From the IMG/VR virus record IMGVR_UViG_3300020152_000012, positions 1-42,266 of that record: a stretch of DNA of 42,266 bases, one strand, 5' to 3'. Position numbers and translations under genes: made by a program. Positions 18,835 through 29,109 of the stretch are shown here, piece by piece (within the stretch, counting starts at the first letter, position 1; each line of letters starts with the position of its first letter). The notes beneath the pieces were generated by a model. It ran no database searches. It worked only from the letters and a program-made list of their open reading frames with translations, and was not told the DNA's origin. The DNA is from a virus. Lineage: Duplodnaviria > Caudoviricetes.

Positions 18835-21479
18835 TAAGCACCTTTCCAGCAGGTAAACGCTTGCTCTAAGCCTTTAACCCAGTTATCCACGTCTTTAGCC
18901 AATTTACTGGTTGACTCATTGATGGCTTTAAGTTCAGATTCGCTTAAAATCATTTTAACGCTAGCTTCTAAATCAGCGATACTTTTAACAAGTTCAGCAT
19001 TAGGTTCCAAGTCGCCTACATTGCCTAAATCTTCTACTAGCGAATTAAATGTTACGGCTTCAACTGGAAGCAGTATTTCTGGGTCAGCGGCGGAGCTTGG
19101 CTGATTAAAGTATTTAGTAGCACCAGCTTTAATTTCTTCAAGATTTAAAGGCCGTACTTCAGGAGCAGGCTTTTCTCCCAGCAACCGAATATGCACTTCC
19201 TTGTAAGCATGCCCTTTAAGAGATGTTCTATCTACAGGTACAGAAATAACTTCATACTGTTGTCCTCGCCCGATAGTGAATTCATATTCACCGGCTTCAG
19301 GAGCTGAGTATGAACTTTCCATACTGGTTCTATACACATTTGAGGCATCAGGCCAGAAACCTGGAGTACCTTCAGGAGCATGAACAACTACATGCAAATT
19401 ATTATATATGTTTTCATCTACATGAAAGGGACTTCTGCTTTCAAATAAGGAAGTAGACATAAAGGCAGGTTCAAACTGTTGATTAAACATATTTGAAGGC
19501 ATCCAGCGATGCAAAATGGCTGGGGCCTCTAATTTGCCTAACTCTGAAGCCTTATCAAGTAATTCGATTTCCTTTTTAAGAGCTGATAGTTGAACATCAT
19601 CTCCAACAAACTTATCTGTTCTTAGATAGTTGTTAATTGGTCCAAAAGAAGTAGTTTGATATATAGAAACAGCGTCTAAGATATCGAAATGCTTTTTGTG
19701 CAGCAATTCATAAAATTTGATAGCCGCATTTTTCAGTGTTTCAAATGCAGACTGGGATTTACCAAAAATCAATTTACCAGTATTCTTATGGACTTTAGCG
19801 GCTGCTTCTGGGAATTTATTTCTCAAGGTAGTCAACCGGCCAGCTAATACACCTAGCAGCTCTGCTTCTTCTTCAACTGGAAGATTTGCCGCTAGCACTT
19901 GGTCTACAATCTTACCAAAGTCTGTAGATAAGATTTTTTCAGCCGCTTTATTCAGATCATTTGGAGAGGCAATTTGCCAGAATGCAGTGGCAGCTTCTGG
20001 ATTGATAGTATCATCAACCATAGTCTGTAACTCTTCTAAATCGGCAGTAAAGTCAGCCTTTCTAGCTCCTCGAGCTCTATAAAGTAATGCCCCACCTTGA
20101 TCGATTTTCTTGTATTCACCATCAACCTTAATGATATTTCCTAGAGCAAAAGCATCTCGATTTCCAAGGAACATATCAAATAATTGATTTGCTACAATCG
20201 CTCTAATCTGAGCTTTTTCAGAATCCGGGGTTGCATTATCATAGAAAGTTTTTACTAAATCAAAGCCACTAACTTGCTCTGCATTTTCGTAGAGAGTAGT
20301 TCCTACTCCAAGTTTTCCATTTACTCGAACAAGGTCTGCAGACAGTACGAATTCATCGCCTAAAATACGATACAGATTATTGGCCAAAACTTCTGAACGA
20401 GCTTGACTTTCAGATATTGGTTTAACATACATTGGGCCATATTCATGATTAACTATTATGGCTTCATTTGAGCCCCCTAGATTCGCAGGTGAAATATCCC
20501 CGTCCAAATCAATAATATCCATAGTAGAGGCTCTGGTAGGCAAAGCAGGAGCAATGACTGGATTACCAGGATTCAGGAGTCTACCTTCTTGTGTTCCAAG
20601 AGGGTAGGATTCTATATAGTTATAGGCTTCAGGTCCGCTATAGTTTCCTGTAGATTGGATGGATTCGATTTCATCTCGCAGGATTTCATTACGAATAAAG
20701 TTTTCATCTGTGCGTAGAATTGGGTCTACTTCGACGACCTTTCCTTCCAGCATTTGATTAATAGCCGTAGTAGCCGCTCTTTGATGAGTGTTTTTAGTCT
20801 TGCCATAAAGAAACTTTGCACCATCGAAAACACCTCCGAAAGTTACATGAGCCCCCGCTCCGAACACAGCCCCAAAAGCCAAGTTCCGCATAACGTCTGC
20901 AGTATCATGGTCTTCCATACCATAGTAATCCCCAGCCAAATATATTGGTTCGATGGCTAGTTGCCCGACAGTACCTTCAATAGCACCTACACCAGCACGT
21001 CGAACAAAAGGATTACTTGTAGCTAAACTAGTAATTAATTTTGAAGCTCCAGGTATTTTAGTGACAGGTATGAACGATGCCGCCAAGTTAATTGGGTCAA
21101 ACATCTGCTCAGTAAACTGGCCTAGATAACTTACAGCTACTTGACCTGTAGAAGCTCTAGATAGGCGATCTTCAAATTGAAGCCGTTTCATAGTTCTGTC
21201 TCGAACTACTTCAGCAGCTTCAGGTGTGATTTCCCGGTCAAAATTTAAAAAGTTTGGGATGCCATACTGTGAATTAGCTTCTTCAGGAGTTAATTTAGCT
21301 CCTGGCTTATTATACTTGTTTAAGTCAGTTAAGAAGTTTACGGGAGCATCTAGTGAGCCTAGTTGCAAGCCTGCATCAAAAGCAGAGCCAGTAGATGGGT
21401 TGAGCTGAGAATACCCTTGTTCTTTTAAGAGTGGGTTCTCAGCATCTCCTTCAGGCAGGAAAATATCTGTAATAGCCAT
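18834..21479 (-). CDS. Internal virion protein with HipA/PI3K-like kinase and ADP-ribosyltransferase domains
   Basis: DPINL and NLAFGAVFGAG hydrophobic region; YVK, SEVLA, GNRD...GN, IDQG kinase motifs; INNYLR, HR, STS, EYE ART motifs. Confidence 0.75.
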   Translation of the reverse strand: MAITDIFLPEGDAENPLLKEQGYSQLNPSTGSAFDAGLQLGSLDAPVNFLTDLNKYNKPGAKLTPEEANSQYGIPNFLNFDREITPEAAEVVRDRTMKRLQFEDRLSRASTGQVAVSYLGQFTEQMFDPINLAASFIPVTKIPGASKLITSLATSNPFVRRAGVGAIEGTVGQLAIEPIYLAGDYYGMEDHDTADVMRNLAFGAVFGAGAHVTFGGVFDGAKFLYGKTKNTHQRAATTAINQMLEGKVVEVDPILRTDENFIRNEILRDEIESIQSTGNYSGPEAYNYIESYPLGTQEGRLLNPGNPVIAPALPTRASTMDIIDLDGDISPANLGGSNEAIIVNHEYGPMYVKPISESQARSEVLANNLYRILGDEFVLSADLVRVNGKLGVGTTLYENAEQVSGFDLVKTFYDNATPDSEKAQIRAIVANQLFDMFLGNRDAFALGNIIKVDGEYKKIDQGGALLYRARGARKADFTADLEELQTMVDDTINPEAATAFWQIASPNDLNKAAEKILSTDFGKIVDQVLAANLPVEEEAELLGVLAGRLTTLRNKFPEAAAKVHKNTGKLIFGKSQSAFETLKNAAIKFYELLHKKHFDILDAVSIYQTTSFGPINNYLRTDKFVGDDVQLSALKKEIELLDKASELGKLEAPAILHRWMPSNMFNQQFEPAFMSTSLFESRSPFHVDENIYNNLHVVVHAPEGTPGFWPDASNVYRTSMESSYSAPEAGEYEFTIGRGQQYEVISVPVDRTSLKGHAYKEVHIRLLGEKPAPEVRPLNLEEIKAGATKYFNQPSSAADPEILLPVEAVTFNSLVEDLGNVGDLEPNAELVKSIADLEASVKMILSESELKAINESTSKLAKDVDNWVKGLEQAFTCWKGA

Positions 21480-23779
21480 TACTGTTGTCCAGGATAGACG
21501 TTCAGTTCAGTCGGTAGATAACCTTGCCGACCAACGTTTACTGGGTCTGTTAAATCTACATAACCTCGTTCGATACGCTTGCTATCCTTACTTAGGACAG
21601 GGACAGCAGAATAGGCTCCTACATCAATAACTAGGTAAGCTCCACTTGAGTTACCGTTAGTTACCCAGTAGCCACTATCTTTAACGAATTGCAAAAGTTC
21701 TTTTTGCTTTATTTCAGTAGGCAACGGCAAATGAGCTCCGTAATCGGCTTTAATATCATCTAGCCTCAAACTACGTTTGACCGATTCAAGGCGGCTATTA
21801 ATTGCATTTGGATTCAATTGCTTACCGTTTAATACTTTTGGAATAGCTTGCGTATCTGTAATGTGGAACCGTTGAGTAATTAACTTATCAACTGTTTTTC
21901 CAATAAACTCACCTATGTCAGTAGACTCATCTACAGATTTTTGTTGCAAGGCTAACTTGTAAATTGTTTGATTCAGACTGTTGATAAAGCCTGTCCGTTC
22001 TCCATTTGGAGCTCCTAAAGCTAGAGCACGTCCATAGGTAGCAGTAGCCGAAGCAATATTTTCCTTGATACCTGTAAGTTGAGCTCCAGGTAGTCCAACT
22101 TTATCTTCATATGTTTTAACATTAGTCTGAAGAGTAGCCGTAATTTTATTTGATAGATCAGAACCATCTGCCCACAGTAATACACCAAATTCTTGAGGCA
22201 AGCCTGCTCGAATCAGCTCATTCATTACCTTAGGGAAGTATTCTTGCCCATAAGTTTCTTTAAGAGCTTCCAAGTTCTGACGAGTACGTTCCAGGTTTCC
22301 TTGTGGATTTAAATCATCTGGACGCATAAGTTCTTGAGCCATTATCTTGGCTTGCTTGCTTCCGAGGATTTCAATTTGTTTTTCAGGAATACCTTGTGAA
22401 CGTTGATAAGCTACCTTCAAAGTGGTTTCACTTATAGGGTCAAGTTTACCTGTAGCTGGGTCTTGTTTTAAATGAAGAGGCTTACCATCTTCGATGTCTC
22501 TACGCAATGACTGCATCATAGCTCGTTCAACTTCTGCATTTGGAGAAGCCGAAACAGTTTGATACCAGGCAGATGCAGCATCTCCAGGAGCAGATACTAA
22601 AGCTTGCTTTTGCTGAGCAATAGCTTCTGTAACAGCTCCGTAAATCTGAGCTTGTCGAGCAGAACCAGAACCAGATGTTGGCTTTAAAGTAGGCAGGATA
22701 TTCTTTTCAAAGCCAGCTGGGTCTAATGCGATTTGCTTTAAATAGTGTGAAGTATCTGCAGCTAATTCGGCCTTTTCACGAACTCCTGCAATCCAGGATT
22801 TAGGCTTACCAGCAGCTTCAAATTCAGCATAGACTTCTTCTGGAGGACGTTTTGCATTTAGGCCTGCGTCAGTGATAATATCTTTAGCCATAGAATCCAG
22901 ACGATACTCAAGGTCTGTATTCTTTACTTTAGATAAACTTATCGCTTTATCCCGAGCCTCCATTAAGTCCTTGGGGTTAATTGATAGCCCTAAAGACTTG
23001 ACCTTTCTTTCATAATAACCAGAATCAATATCTTTAACGATTTGTTCTGCTGGATACCCACCTAGCTTCGCCTCATTGAGGTCTCGTTGTAAAGGCAACA
23101 TGGCATAGGCCGGACCTACTTTTTCAAGTATTTCCTGCTTATTTCGTTCGCCAATATTAGAAGCAGATAAGACAGCATCTTTTCGGTTGTTCCAGACAAA
23201 GTCAAGAAGTTCAGGCTTCTTTACAAGAAGGTTGATGTCTTCCTGAGCACCGGAAATATTCGATTCTAGTGCATAGCGATAGGATTCTTTGGCTTGAACT
23301 CCAATGGCTTCAACATAGGTTCTTTCACTAACTGGAAAAGCCCCGGCCTTAAAGAAATCAGCAGCTTGAGAATTAGGAGCTTCTTCAAGCATAGCATTCA
23401 TTTCTTCTTCTGAAAAGCCTTTTACTCGGTCGACGTACGTGGATTTATCTTCGTACAATCCACCTGGAGGCATACTTTCTTGTTCACTAACTTCACGTTC
23501 TACCAGGCGAGTTTGATAACGAGTAAGAGCCGTTGTAGCCCATTGTTTATCCTGATCATGCTGGAGCTTTTCAGCTCTGGCACGTCGGTCTTCTTCAATA
23601 GCTTTATTGCGCTCATTTATATGATTAAGTGTCAGAGCTGTTCTGGTAACAGTTTCACCTAATCCGGTAATAGCATTTCCTACCTGCTCTGATTGGTTTC
23701 CAGGCAAACGAGGAACATATGCAGACCCTGGTTGAGTACTAGGGCTTCCTTGAGCTATGTACTGAGTAATTTTAGCCAT
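21479..23779 (-). CDS. Internal virion protein
   Basis: MAKITQY start, helical composition, position in the ejection cluster. Confidence 0.65.
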   Translation of the reverse strand: MAKITQYIAQGSPSTQPGSAYVPRLPGNQSEQVGNAITGLGETVTRTALTLNHINERNKAIEEDRRARAEKLQHDQDKQWATTALTRYQTRLVEREVSEQESMPPGGLYEDKSTYVDRVKGFSEEEMNAMLEEAPNSQAADFFKAGAFPVSERTYVEAIGVQAKESYRYALESNISGAQEDINLLVKKPELLDFVWNNRKDAVLSASNIGERNKQEILEKVGPAYAMLPLQRDLNEAKLGGYPAEQIVKDIDSGYYERKVKSLGLSINPKDLMEARDKAISLSKVKNTDLEYRLDSMAKDIITDAGLNAKRPPEEVYAEFEAAGKPKSWIAGVREKAELAADTSHYLKQIALDPAGFEKNILPTLKPTSGSGSARQAQIYGAVTEAIAQQKQALVSAPGDAASAWYQTVSASPNAEVERAMMQSLRRDIEDGKPLHLKQDPATGKLDPISETTLKVAYQRSQGIPEKQIEILGSKQAKIMAQELMRPDDLNPQGNLERTRQNLEALKETYGQEYFPKVMNELIRAGLPQEFGVLLWADGSDLSNKITATLQTNVKTYEDKVGLPGAQLTGIKENIASATATYGRALALGAPNGERTGFINSLNQTIYKLALQQKSVDESTDIGEFIGKTVDKLITQRFHITDTQAIPKVLNGKQLNPNAINSRLESVKRSLRLDDIKADYGAHLPLPTEIKQKELLQFVKDSGYWVTNGNSSGAYLVIDVGAYSAVPVLSKDSKRIERGYVDLTDPVNVGRQGYLPTELNVYPGQQ

Positions 23780-24342
23780 TATAGTGGAGACCTATATCCA
23801 GAAAAATCGATTGGAATGCTTGTACCGCTAGAGCTAGATAATCCAGCTCCTGGGAATTTTCCACCAGCCATTCCATATGAGGCTGCACCACCAATCAAAG
23901 AAGTTAAAGCTCCGATACGACCGGCTTTCTTTGTGTTCTTAGCTGCTTGACGTAGTTGTGAAGCTTGTACTTTGTAGATAGCTGATTGAGACCGATAATT
24001 ATTAGCGGCCAAATCACCCTTATTCCGGATCATCAAAGCATCGAGTTCACCTTGGATAATGGAATCATCTTGGACGAAAAGAGAACTACCTGTTTGAGTA
24101 ATACCAGATTTAGCTCGTTGAGTATTAGCGGTTCCGATAGTGCGGCGAAGACGGTCACGCTGCATGCTTTCTTCAAGCGCTGCTGCGTCTAATTCTCGTT
24201 GTGCGTTTTCATCAGCTATTTGAGAATTATACATAGCCATCTTAGCATCGCTCTTATATTGGTCAGCAGCCGCATTGGCACTGCTAATTTGGCCAATAGC
24301 GGATATACCTGCTCCAATTAATGCAAAAGCTGCAAATGACAT
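23779..24342 (-). CDS. Internal virion protein (T7 gp14-like)
   Basis: Hydrophobic Gly/Ala N-terminus, AKSGI...GSS motif, coiled coil. Confidence 0.75.
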   Translation of the reverse strand: MSFAAFALIGAGISAIGQISSANAAADQYKSDAKMAMYNSQIADENAQRELDAAALEESMQRDRLRRTIGTANTQRAKSGITQTGSSLFVQDDSIIQGELDALMIRNKGDLAANNYRSQSAIYKVQASQLRQAAKNTKKAGRIGALTSLIGGAASYGMAGGKFPGAGLSSSSGTSIPIDFSGYRSPL

Positions 24343-24343
24343 T

Positions 24344-24790
24344 TTAATCCCCCACTATTGAGTAACGGAGATATGTTTCTCCATTTACTCCGTATTTTAA
24401 CATAGCTCCTTCGAATTTGAAACCGAAATATTTAACAAATTCGATGTTTGTTTGTAAGTCTGCTCGTATATCTGCTTGCACTCGTTGAAAACCGATAGAA
24501 TTAACTAACTGGGCTTTTAACTGCTTCATTAACCGAATAGAGCTTTTCTTATATAACTGAATCAGGGGGCTTATTAAAAGCCAAGCTTCATAAACTTTTC
24601 CCCATAGCTGATTCAATCCTATAATGAAAACAACTTGGTCGTCATCATCAACAGCCGTCATGCAGAGCGATTTATCTGCAGTCATAATCATCAGTTCCTT
24701 AGGACTAATGTTGGCTATTTCCTTCAAGTTGTCCATTTCGACAACCATGATTTCATCAAGATGCTTTACTTCATATGGAACTAATCTCAT
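24344..24790 (-). CDS. GNAT-fold protein (T7 gp13-like position)
   Basis: EAWLL...RVQA...FGFKFEG pattern downstream of the nozzle gene. Confidence 0.65.
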   Translation of the reverse strand: MRLVPYEVKHLDEIMVVEMDNLKEIANISPKELMIMTADKSLCMTAVDDDDQVVFIIGLNQLWGKVYEAWLLISPLIQLYKKSSIRLMKQLKAQLVNSIGFQRVQADIRADLQTNIEFVKYFGFKFEGAMLKYGVNGETYLRYSIVGD

Positions 24791-26820
24791 CCGTGTACTA
24801 CCATTTCTGGCATAAGAGCCAATATTGTAACAGGTGTAGGAGTATCACTAATAATTTCAATTTGCCCGTTACGGTCATAATCTCCATTAAAGGCTACTAC
24901 CTTATCTCCAGTAAATAGAGGAGGTGAAGTTCCCATAGGATTAGACGTAGTTCTAAATGGAATTTCTTCCAACATACCTAGTGCTGGACCAAATTTAACT
25001 CCTAATGTATTTAGGAATCTGATGCCTAACCTATGAACGCGCTTAATTTTAGCCTGGGCAGTTCCTTCATTTCCACCCACTTCATACCGAACAGTTCTTA
25101 CTCGAGCCGTGTATGGTAAACCCACAATAGCATATTCTGTATTTCGTTGAAGAGTGATTTCTCCGTTTTCATCTACTGTCCTACGAGGATGCACACAGCC
25201 ATCTGCCCAAATAGTCACTTCTTTACCGATTAAGTGGTCTAAACCGGTAATTGTATCCACTGGAGGACCATCATAAATAAGACCAGAATCCACATAAAAA
25301 GCTGTATTTTTGTCGTCAGCATCATTAGGAGAAAACTCCTCTGTAAATTTTTCAATATATTGAACGGTGTTTCCATTTACAGTACGTTCCACAACTAACC
25401 ATACTTCATCATAAGATTCGGTAGGAGAAGGAATCGTTGCCACAGATCTGACTAAGCCACCATCTGCAATTGTTTGACGAGCCCAAGAAATGATTTCTTG
25501 TTCTCTATTGTAAGTAAGTGAAATAAGCTTTCCGTCTTCAGTACAAATCCAGATTACAGAATTAGGTTCTTGTTGATAAGCCATCTCACGGATATTCCCC
25601 TTAGTAAGATGCTCAGACAAGATAGTTAAATCGATTGCTTGGAAAGAATCCGTACCAAAGTCATAAGAATACTCTCTAAGCTTGCGTTTGGATTTCTGTA
25701 CAAATAAGACGGCTGAATCTACTCGTATTGGAAGAACTTTAGCTCCACCACGTACGGTGGCAGCAAAGGCCCTTACATTTGAAGGAGTTAATGCCTCATT
25801 ATTGGAACCACCAGATAGCGAGAACTCAGCTGATGCTGTGCCAGCAAGTAATGCTTTAGCAGACTCAAGGAACCGAATATCATTTACTTGACCAGAAGCC
25901 AATCCATAAACTACGGCATTATCATCGGCCACAGTAGAAGCCACTTCAGTTGGAGAATGCGTGTAATAATCTCCAGACATGCTTCCCCAAATAGTTTGCG
26001 GCTGGTTGTCATTACCCCCAAAGAAAAGACGATCTTCATAAAATGTAATCGTTCTAGGCCAACCTAAGACACTACTCCAAGCTCCTAATAACCAGTTAGC
26101 TGAAGTTGTGGTTGCTCCAAAAGCTGAATATACAGTGGCAACTACCACAGTAGAACTTGTTCTAGAAGTAATTTTAGCCCAACCCCACGTGGAACTGTGC
26201 CTAATACGAATCCAGCGGCCTACATCTGTTGTTTGAAAGCCCGTTCCGTTATTAATACCTGTAGTAGCAGAAGCGGTAATGTTTACACTTCCAGTCATAC
26301 CAGACGGAGTTAATGTTGTCGACGTTATATTGATGTCAAGATATGGGCCATCAATATTATCATAATCAGTGAGGGTCCAGCTGGTCAAGGAGGTTCGAGA
26401 CAATAGTTTGGGATTATGGCCCGGGCAGACTAAGAACAATACATCTGCTGATTGGGTAAACTGAATATCCCATAGCTCATCTTCAGTATACGGACTTACT
26501 AACTCGTAAGCTACTCCAGGACTGGATTCGACAATACCCTCAGAGATATGGAAACGAATATACTCATCTCCAAATTCTATAATATATGCTTGAACAGATG
26601 AGAAGACAAATCGGATAAGACGTGTAGTCTTACTGGAATCCTTTACCTCATTCATGAACCTAGTTCCAGGGGTTTTAGTTATGCCCCCATGAGGAAGAGG
26701 TAAAAAACGGTCGAGAACTTCACAACCGTTATTATATTTAGGGTAGTCTACACGCCCTAGTAATTTCGGTGAAAGTTCTCCAGCGCTAAAGTTAGCTTGA
26801 ATTGGAGAAACTGAAGCCAT
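24787..26820 (-). CDS. Tail tubular protein B (nozzle, T7 gp12-like)
   Basis: NFSAGELSPKLLGRVD, QSADVL, FYEDRLFFGG, YVDSG, GLDHLIG. Confidence 0.9.
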   Translation of the reverse strand: MASVSPIQANFSAGELSPKLLGRVDYPKYNNGCEVLDRFLPLPHGGITKTPGTRFMNEVKDSSKTTRLIRFVFSSVQAYIIEFGDEYIRFHISEGIVESSPGVAYELVSPYTEDELWDIQFTQSADVLFLVCPGHNPKLLSRTSLTSWTLTDYDNIDGPYLDINITSTTLTPSGMTGSVNITASATTGINNGTGFQTTDVGRWIRIRHSSTWGWAKITSRTSSTVVVATVYSAFGATTTSANWLLGAWSSVLGWPRTITFYEDRLFFGGNDNQPQTIWGSMSGDYYTHSPTEVASTVADDNAVVYGLASGQVNDIRFLESAKALLAGTASAEFSLSGGSNNEALTPSNVRAFAATVRGGAKVLPIRVDSAVLFVQKSKRKLREYSYDFGTDSFQAIDLTILSEHLTKGNIREMAYQQEPNSVIWICTEDGKLISLTYNREQEIISWARQTIADGGLVRSVATIPSPTESYDEVWLVVERTVNGNTVQYIEKFTEEFSPNDADDKNTAFYVDSGLIYDGPPVDTITGLDHLIGKEVTIWADGCVHPRRTVDENGEITLQRNTEYAIVGLPYTARVRTVRYEVGGNEGTAQAKIKRVHRLGIRFLNTLGVKFGPALGMLEEIPFRTTSNPMGTSPPLFTGDKVVAFNGDYDRNGQIEIISDTPTPVTILALMPEMVVHG

Positions 26821-27407
26821 TATCTATTAGACCTGTTTCTTGTTGGATTACTTAAACGAGAAGCAATCCATACATCGTTATCATATTCTTCAGCTGATTT
26901 TTCTCTAGAGTCAACGCCCTTAGCTTTCCGAATCAGCTCTTCATATAAAGCCCACATATCATCTCGAAGTTGTTTACTTTCAAGAATTGGGAAAGCCAAT
27001 ATAGCTGCAAGACGTGCTTCCATGGCTGCAGATAGGCTTGCGTCATACTTGGAAACATCTTCAAGCCTATAGATATATGTTAGATTTATTTCATTTTGGT
27101 TGATGTGAATTGTGTGTCCAACACGCTTAAATTTTGGATCACCTTCAATCGACACGATGCGGATACAATCGGAAGGAAGTTGAATAGCATATGTATATCC
27201 AAAGGCTGGTCCCGTAGCCAATGGACCCAGAGTCACAAGCTTTTCAGCACAATTCCAGGTAAAATCGCGGAGAACAGCATCTCGAACTGAAGGCCAAACT
27301 TGCTTGGCAGTGATAGCCGTTTTGGTGGCATCGTCAAGAGAAATGATAAAACTTGCTCCGATTAGGGCGCAAGCGTTATTTACAAGTTCAACTGTTGAGA
27401 CGGCCAT
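26820..27407 (-). CDS. Tail tubular protein A (adaptor, T7 gp11-like)
   Basis: LVNNAC...WNCA...YAIQLPSDCIRI. Confidence 0.85.
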   Translation of the reverse strand: MAVSTVELVNNACALIGASFIISLDDATKTAITAKQVWPSVRDAVLRDFTWNCAEKLVTLGPLATGPAFGYTYAIQLPSDCIRIVSIEGDPKFKRVGHTIHINQNEINLTYIYRLEDVSKYDASLSAAMEARLAAILAFPILESKQLRDDMWALYEELIRKAKGVDSREKSAEEYDNDVWIASRLSNPTRNRSNR

Positions 27408-27410
27408 GTG

Positions 27411-27437
27411 AAAAAAGGGAGGAGTTTCCCCCTCCCA
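27411..27437 (-). terminator. Intrinsic terminator after the capsid and decoration genes
   Basis: - strand GGGAGGGG aaa CTCCTCCC TTTTTT. Confidence 0.8.
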
Positions 27438-27442
27438 ATTCC

Positions 27443-27946
27443 TTAGTCAACTACGTATTCAACCCAACCAGACAGCGATTCTGCCGTACCAGCGCCACCG
27501 GTTAAGGTGCCAGTAAGCGTCCAGCCGCCTGCGGAATCAACTACTACATCAACAAGGAGGTCCTTGTCTGTGGTTGCATTGACATCAGCATCAACCACAA
27601 AAGCATCAGGATCAGCAGCTATCGCTACTCGAGAATCCCGATCGGTATATGCACCATAACCCAGGTCCAGAACAGTGGAAGCAGCGAAAGCTGAATTTTG
27701 TACACATGCTCGCAGAACTCGAACTTTACCTGCAGGCATCTTAAGAAGATTCAGCGTATCACCATCAGCAGAGGTCAGAGCCGTGTAGTTAAAGTGACCG
27801 ATGCGAACTCGGCCCATCGACTGGGTCGGGTCCAAGGGGGTTGCGGTCACGCCCGTTTGAAGAGCATATTCGTCAGATGCATGAGTGGCATGAAACATAA
27901 ACTGGCCAATCAGCACATGGAACAGCGCCTTAGTGTATTTCTTCAT
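27443..27946 (-). CDS. Putative capsid decoration/cement protein
   Basis: Follows the capsid gene; AGGAG RBS; beta-rich, ends YVVD. Confidence 0.7.
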   Translation of the reverse strand: MKKYTKALFHVLIGQFMFHATHASDEYALQTGVTATPLDPTQSMGRVRIGHFNYTALTSADGDTLNLLKMPAGKVRVLRACVQNSAFAASTVLDLGYGAYTDRDSRVAIAADPDAFVVDADVNATTDKDLLVDVVVDSAGGWTLTGTLTGGAGTAESLSGWVEYVVD

Positions 27947-28008
27947 GATTTAACTCCTAAAAATTTGAAGAGGTTTTGAGGAAGCCAGATTGCTCTGGCC
28001 TCACTCGA

Positions 28009-28965
28009 TTACAGTACCGATTGGTCGGACTTGATTTCAACCACGCCGACTTCTTCCATACGGGTTGCGCCGATACCCATGCTGGCGTATACCTGAGTAG
28101 AATTACGCTTGTCACGGCGAGGACCGATGTCTACTTGCAGCTCTTGTGCAACAGCCAAGAGCAGGTGCGGACGAGCCCAGCAAATCAGACGGCGGTAACC
28201 ACTGGTATCAGTCAGCAGACGTTGAGTCCGGATGAACTTGAATCCCATGAAGGTATCAATCTTACCTTCAACCAGGGCCTTGACCGTGTTATAGTCAGAG
28301 TTGGTTACTTCGGTAGTACGCAGCAGAGATTGAACTTCATGTGCCGTTACAGCGATGAAACGTGGCTCATCAGGGTCAACTTCACCTTCATCCAGGATCG
28401 TTTTGGCACGACGCAGTTTGCCGATGGTCAGAGCAGAAGCTGCTGCAGAACCGGATTCTACATAGTTGTGTGCGATTTGATTGCCGGCTGGGAAAGCCAC
28501 AGTCGTTTGACCGGTCTTACCAGAGTAGGCGGTATCAAAAGCTGATTGGATGATAACGTCGTCCATCTTACGGCCGAATGCAAATGCAGCATTCATGGAG
28601 TATGGACCAGTTGGGTCAGCCAACATTTTCAGACGATCTTGACGGTCAATCAAATCTGCCCAGTCAAAATCACGCAGACCGACACGACGACGGTCATGAG
28701 GAGTTTGAACCAGCGGCGTATCTTGATGTCGGCCAGTAATTTCTTGCGCTTCAGTTGCACCGATACGGTCGTAGAAATCAAACTCAGCATTTTGAGTTTC
28801 AACACGAACTGCACCGCGCAGACGAGAACCCTTTTGTTGGGTCAGCAGAGTGATATTGCTATGGAACTGATTTACCAGCGCCGTATCAATATCGGTAGAG
28901 TAAAACTTGAACAGCTCACCAGTAAAGCAAGCCACAAGCAGCTTGAACATCCAAGTCAGTGACAT
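28009..28965 (-). CDS. Major capsid protein
   Basis: QQKGSRLR, DWADLID, SDYNTVKALVEG, FMGFKFI, GATRMEE. Confidence 0.9.
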   Translation of the reverse strand: MSLTWMFKLLVACFTGELFKFYSTDIDTALVNQFHSNITLLTQQKGSRLRGAVRVETQNAEFDFYDRIGATEAQEITGRHQDTPLVQTPHDRRRVGLRDFDWADLIDRQDRLKMLADPTGPYSMNAAFAFGRKMDDVIIQSAFDTAYSGKTGQTTVAFPAGNQIAHNYVESGSAAASALTIGKLRRAKTILDEGEVDPDEPRFIAVTAHEVQSLLRTTEVTNSDYNTVKALVEGKIDTFMGFKFIRTQRLLTDTSGYRRLICWARPHLLLAVAQELQVDIGPRRDKRNSTQVYASMGIGATRMEEVGVVEIKSDQSVL

Positions 28966-29002
28966 GATAGTCTCCCGAAAAATAAAATAAAGAGTATTTG
29001 TC

Positions 29003-29096
29003 GAAAGAGCTACCCGGAAACCGGACCCTTCTAGCTTTTACCTGCTTGCGGTTGCTTACTTTTCAAGCTGTCAACCGGACTCGTTAGAGCTACCCG
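29003..29096 (-). ncRNA. Structured 5' leader of the capsid mRNA with two copies of one internal-loop module
   Basis: GG-GUAG-CUC paired with GRG-U-CC at 29075-29096 and 29003-29031. Confidence 0.6.
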
Positions 29097-29109
29097 ATGT
29101 ATAAGTAGC

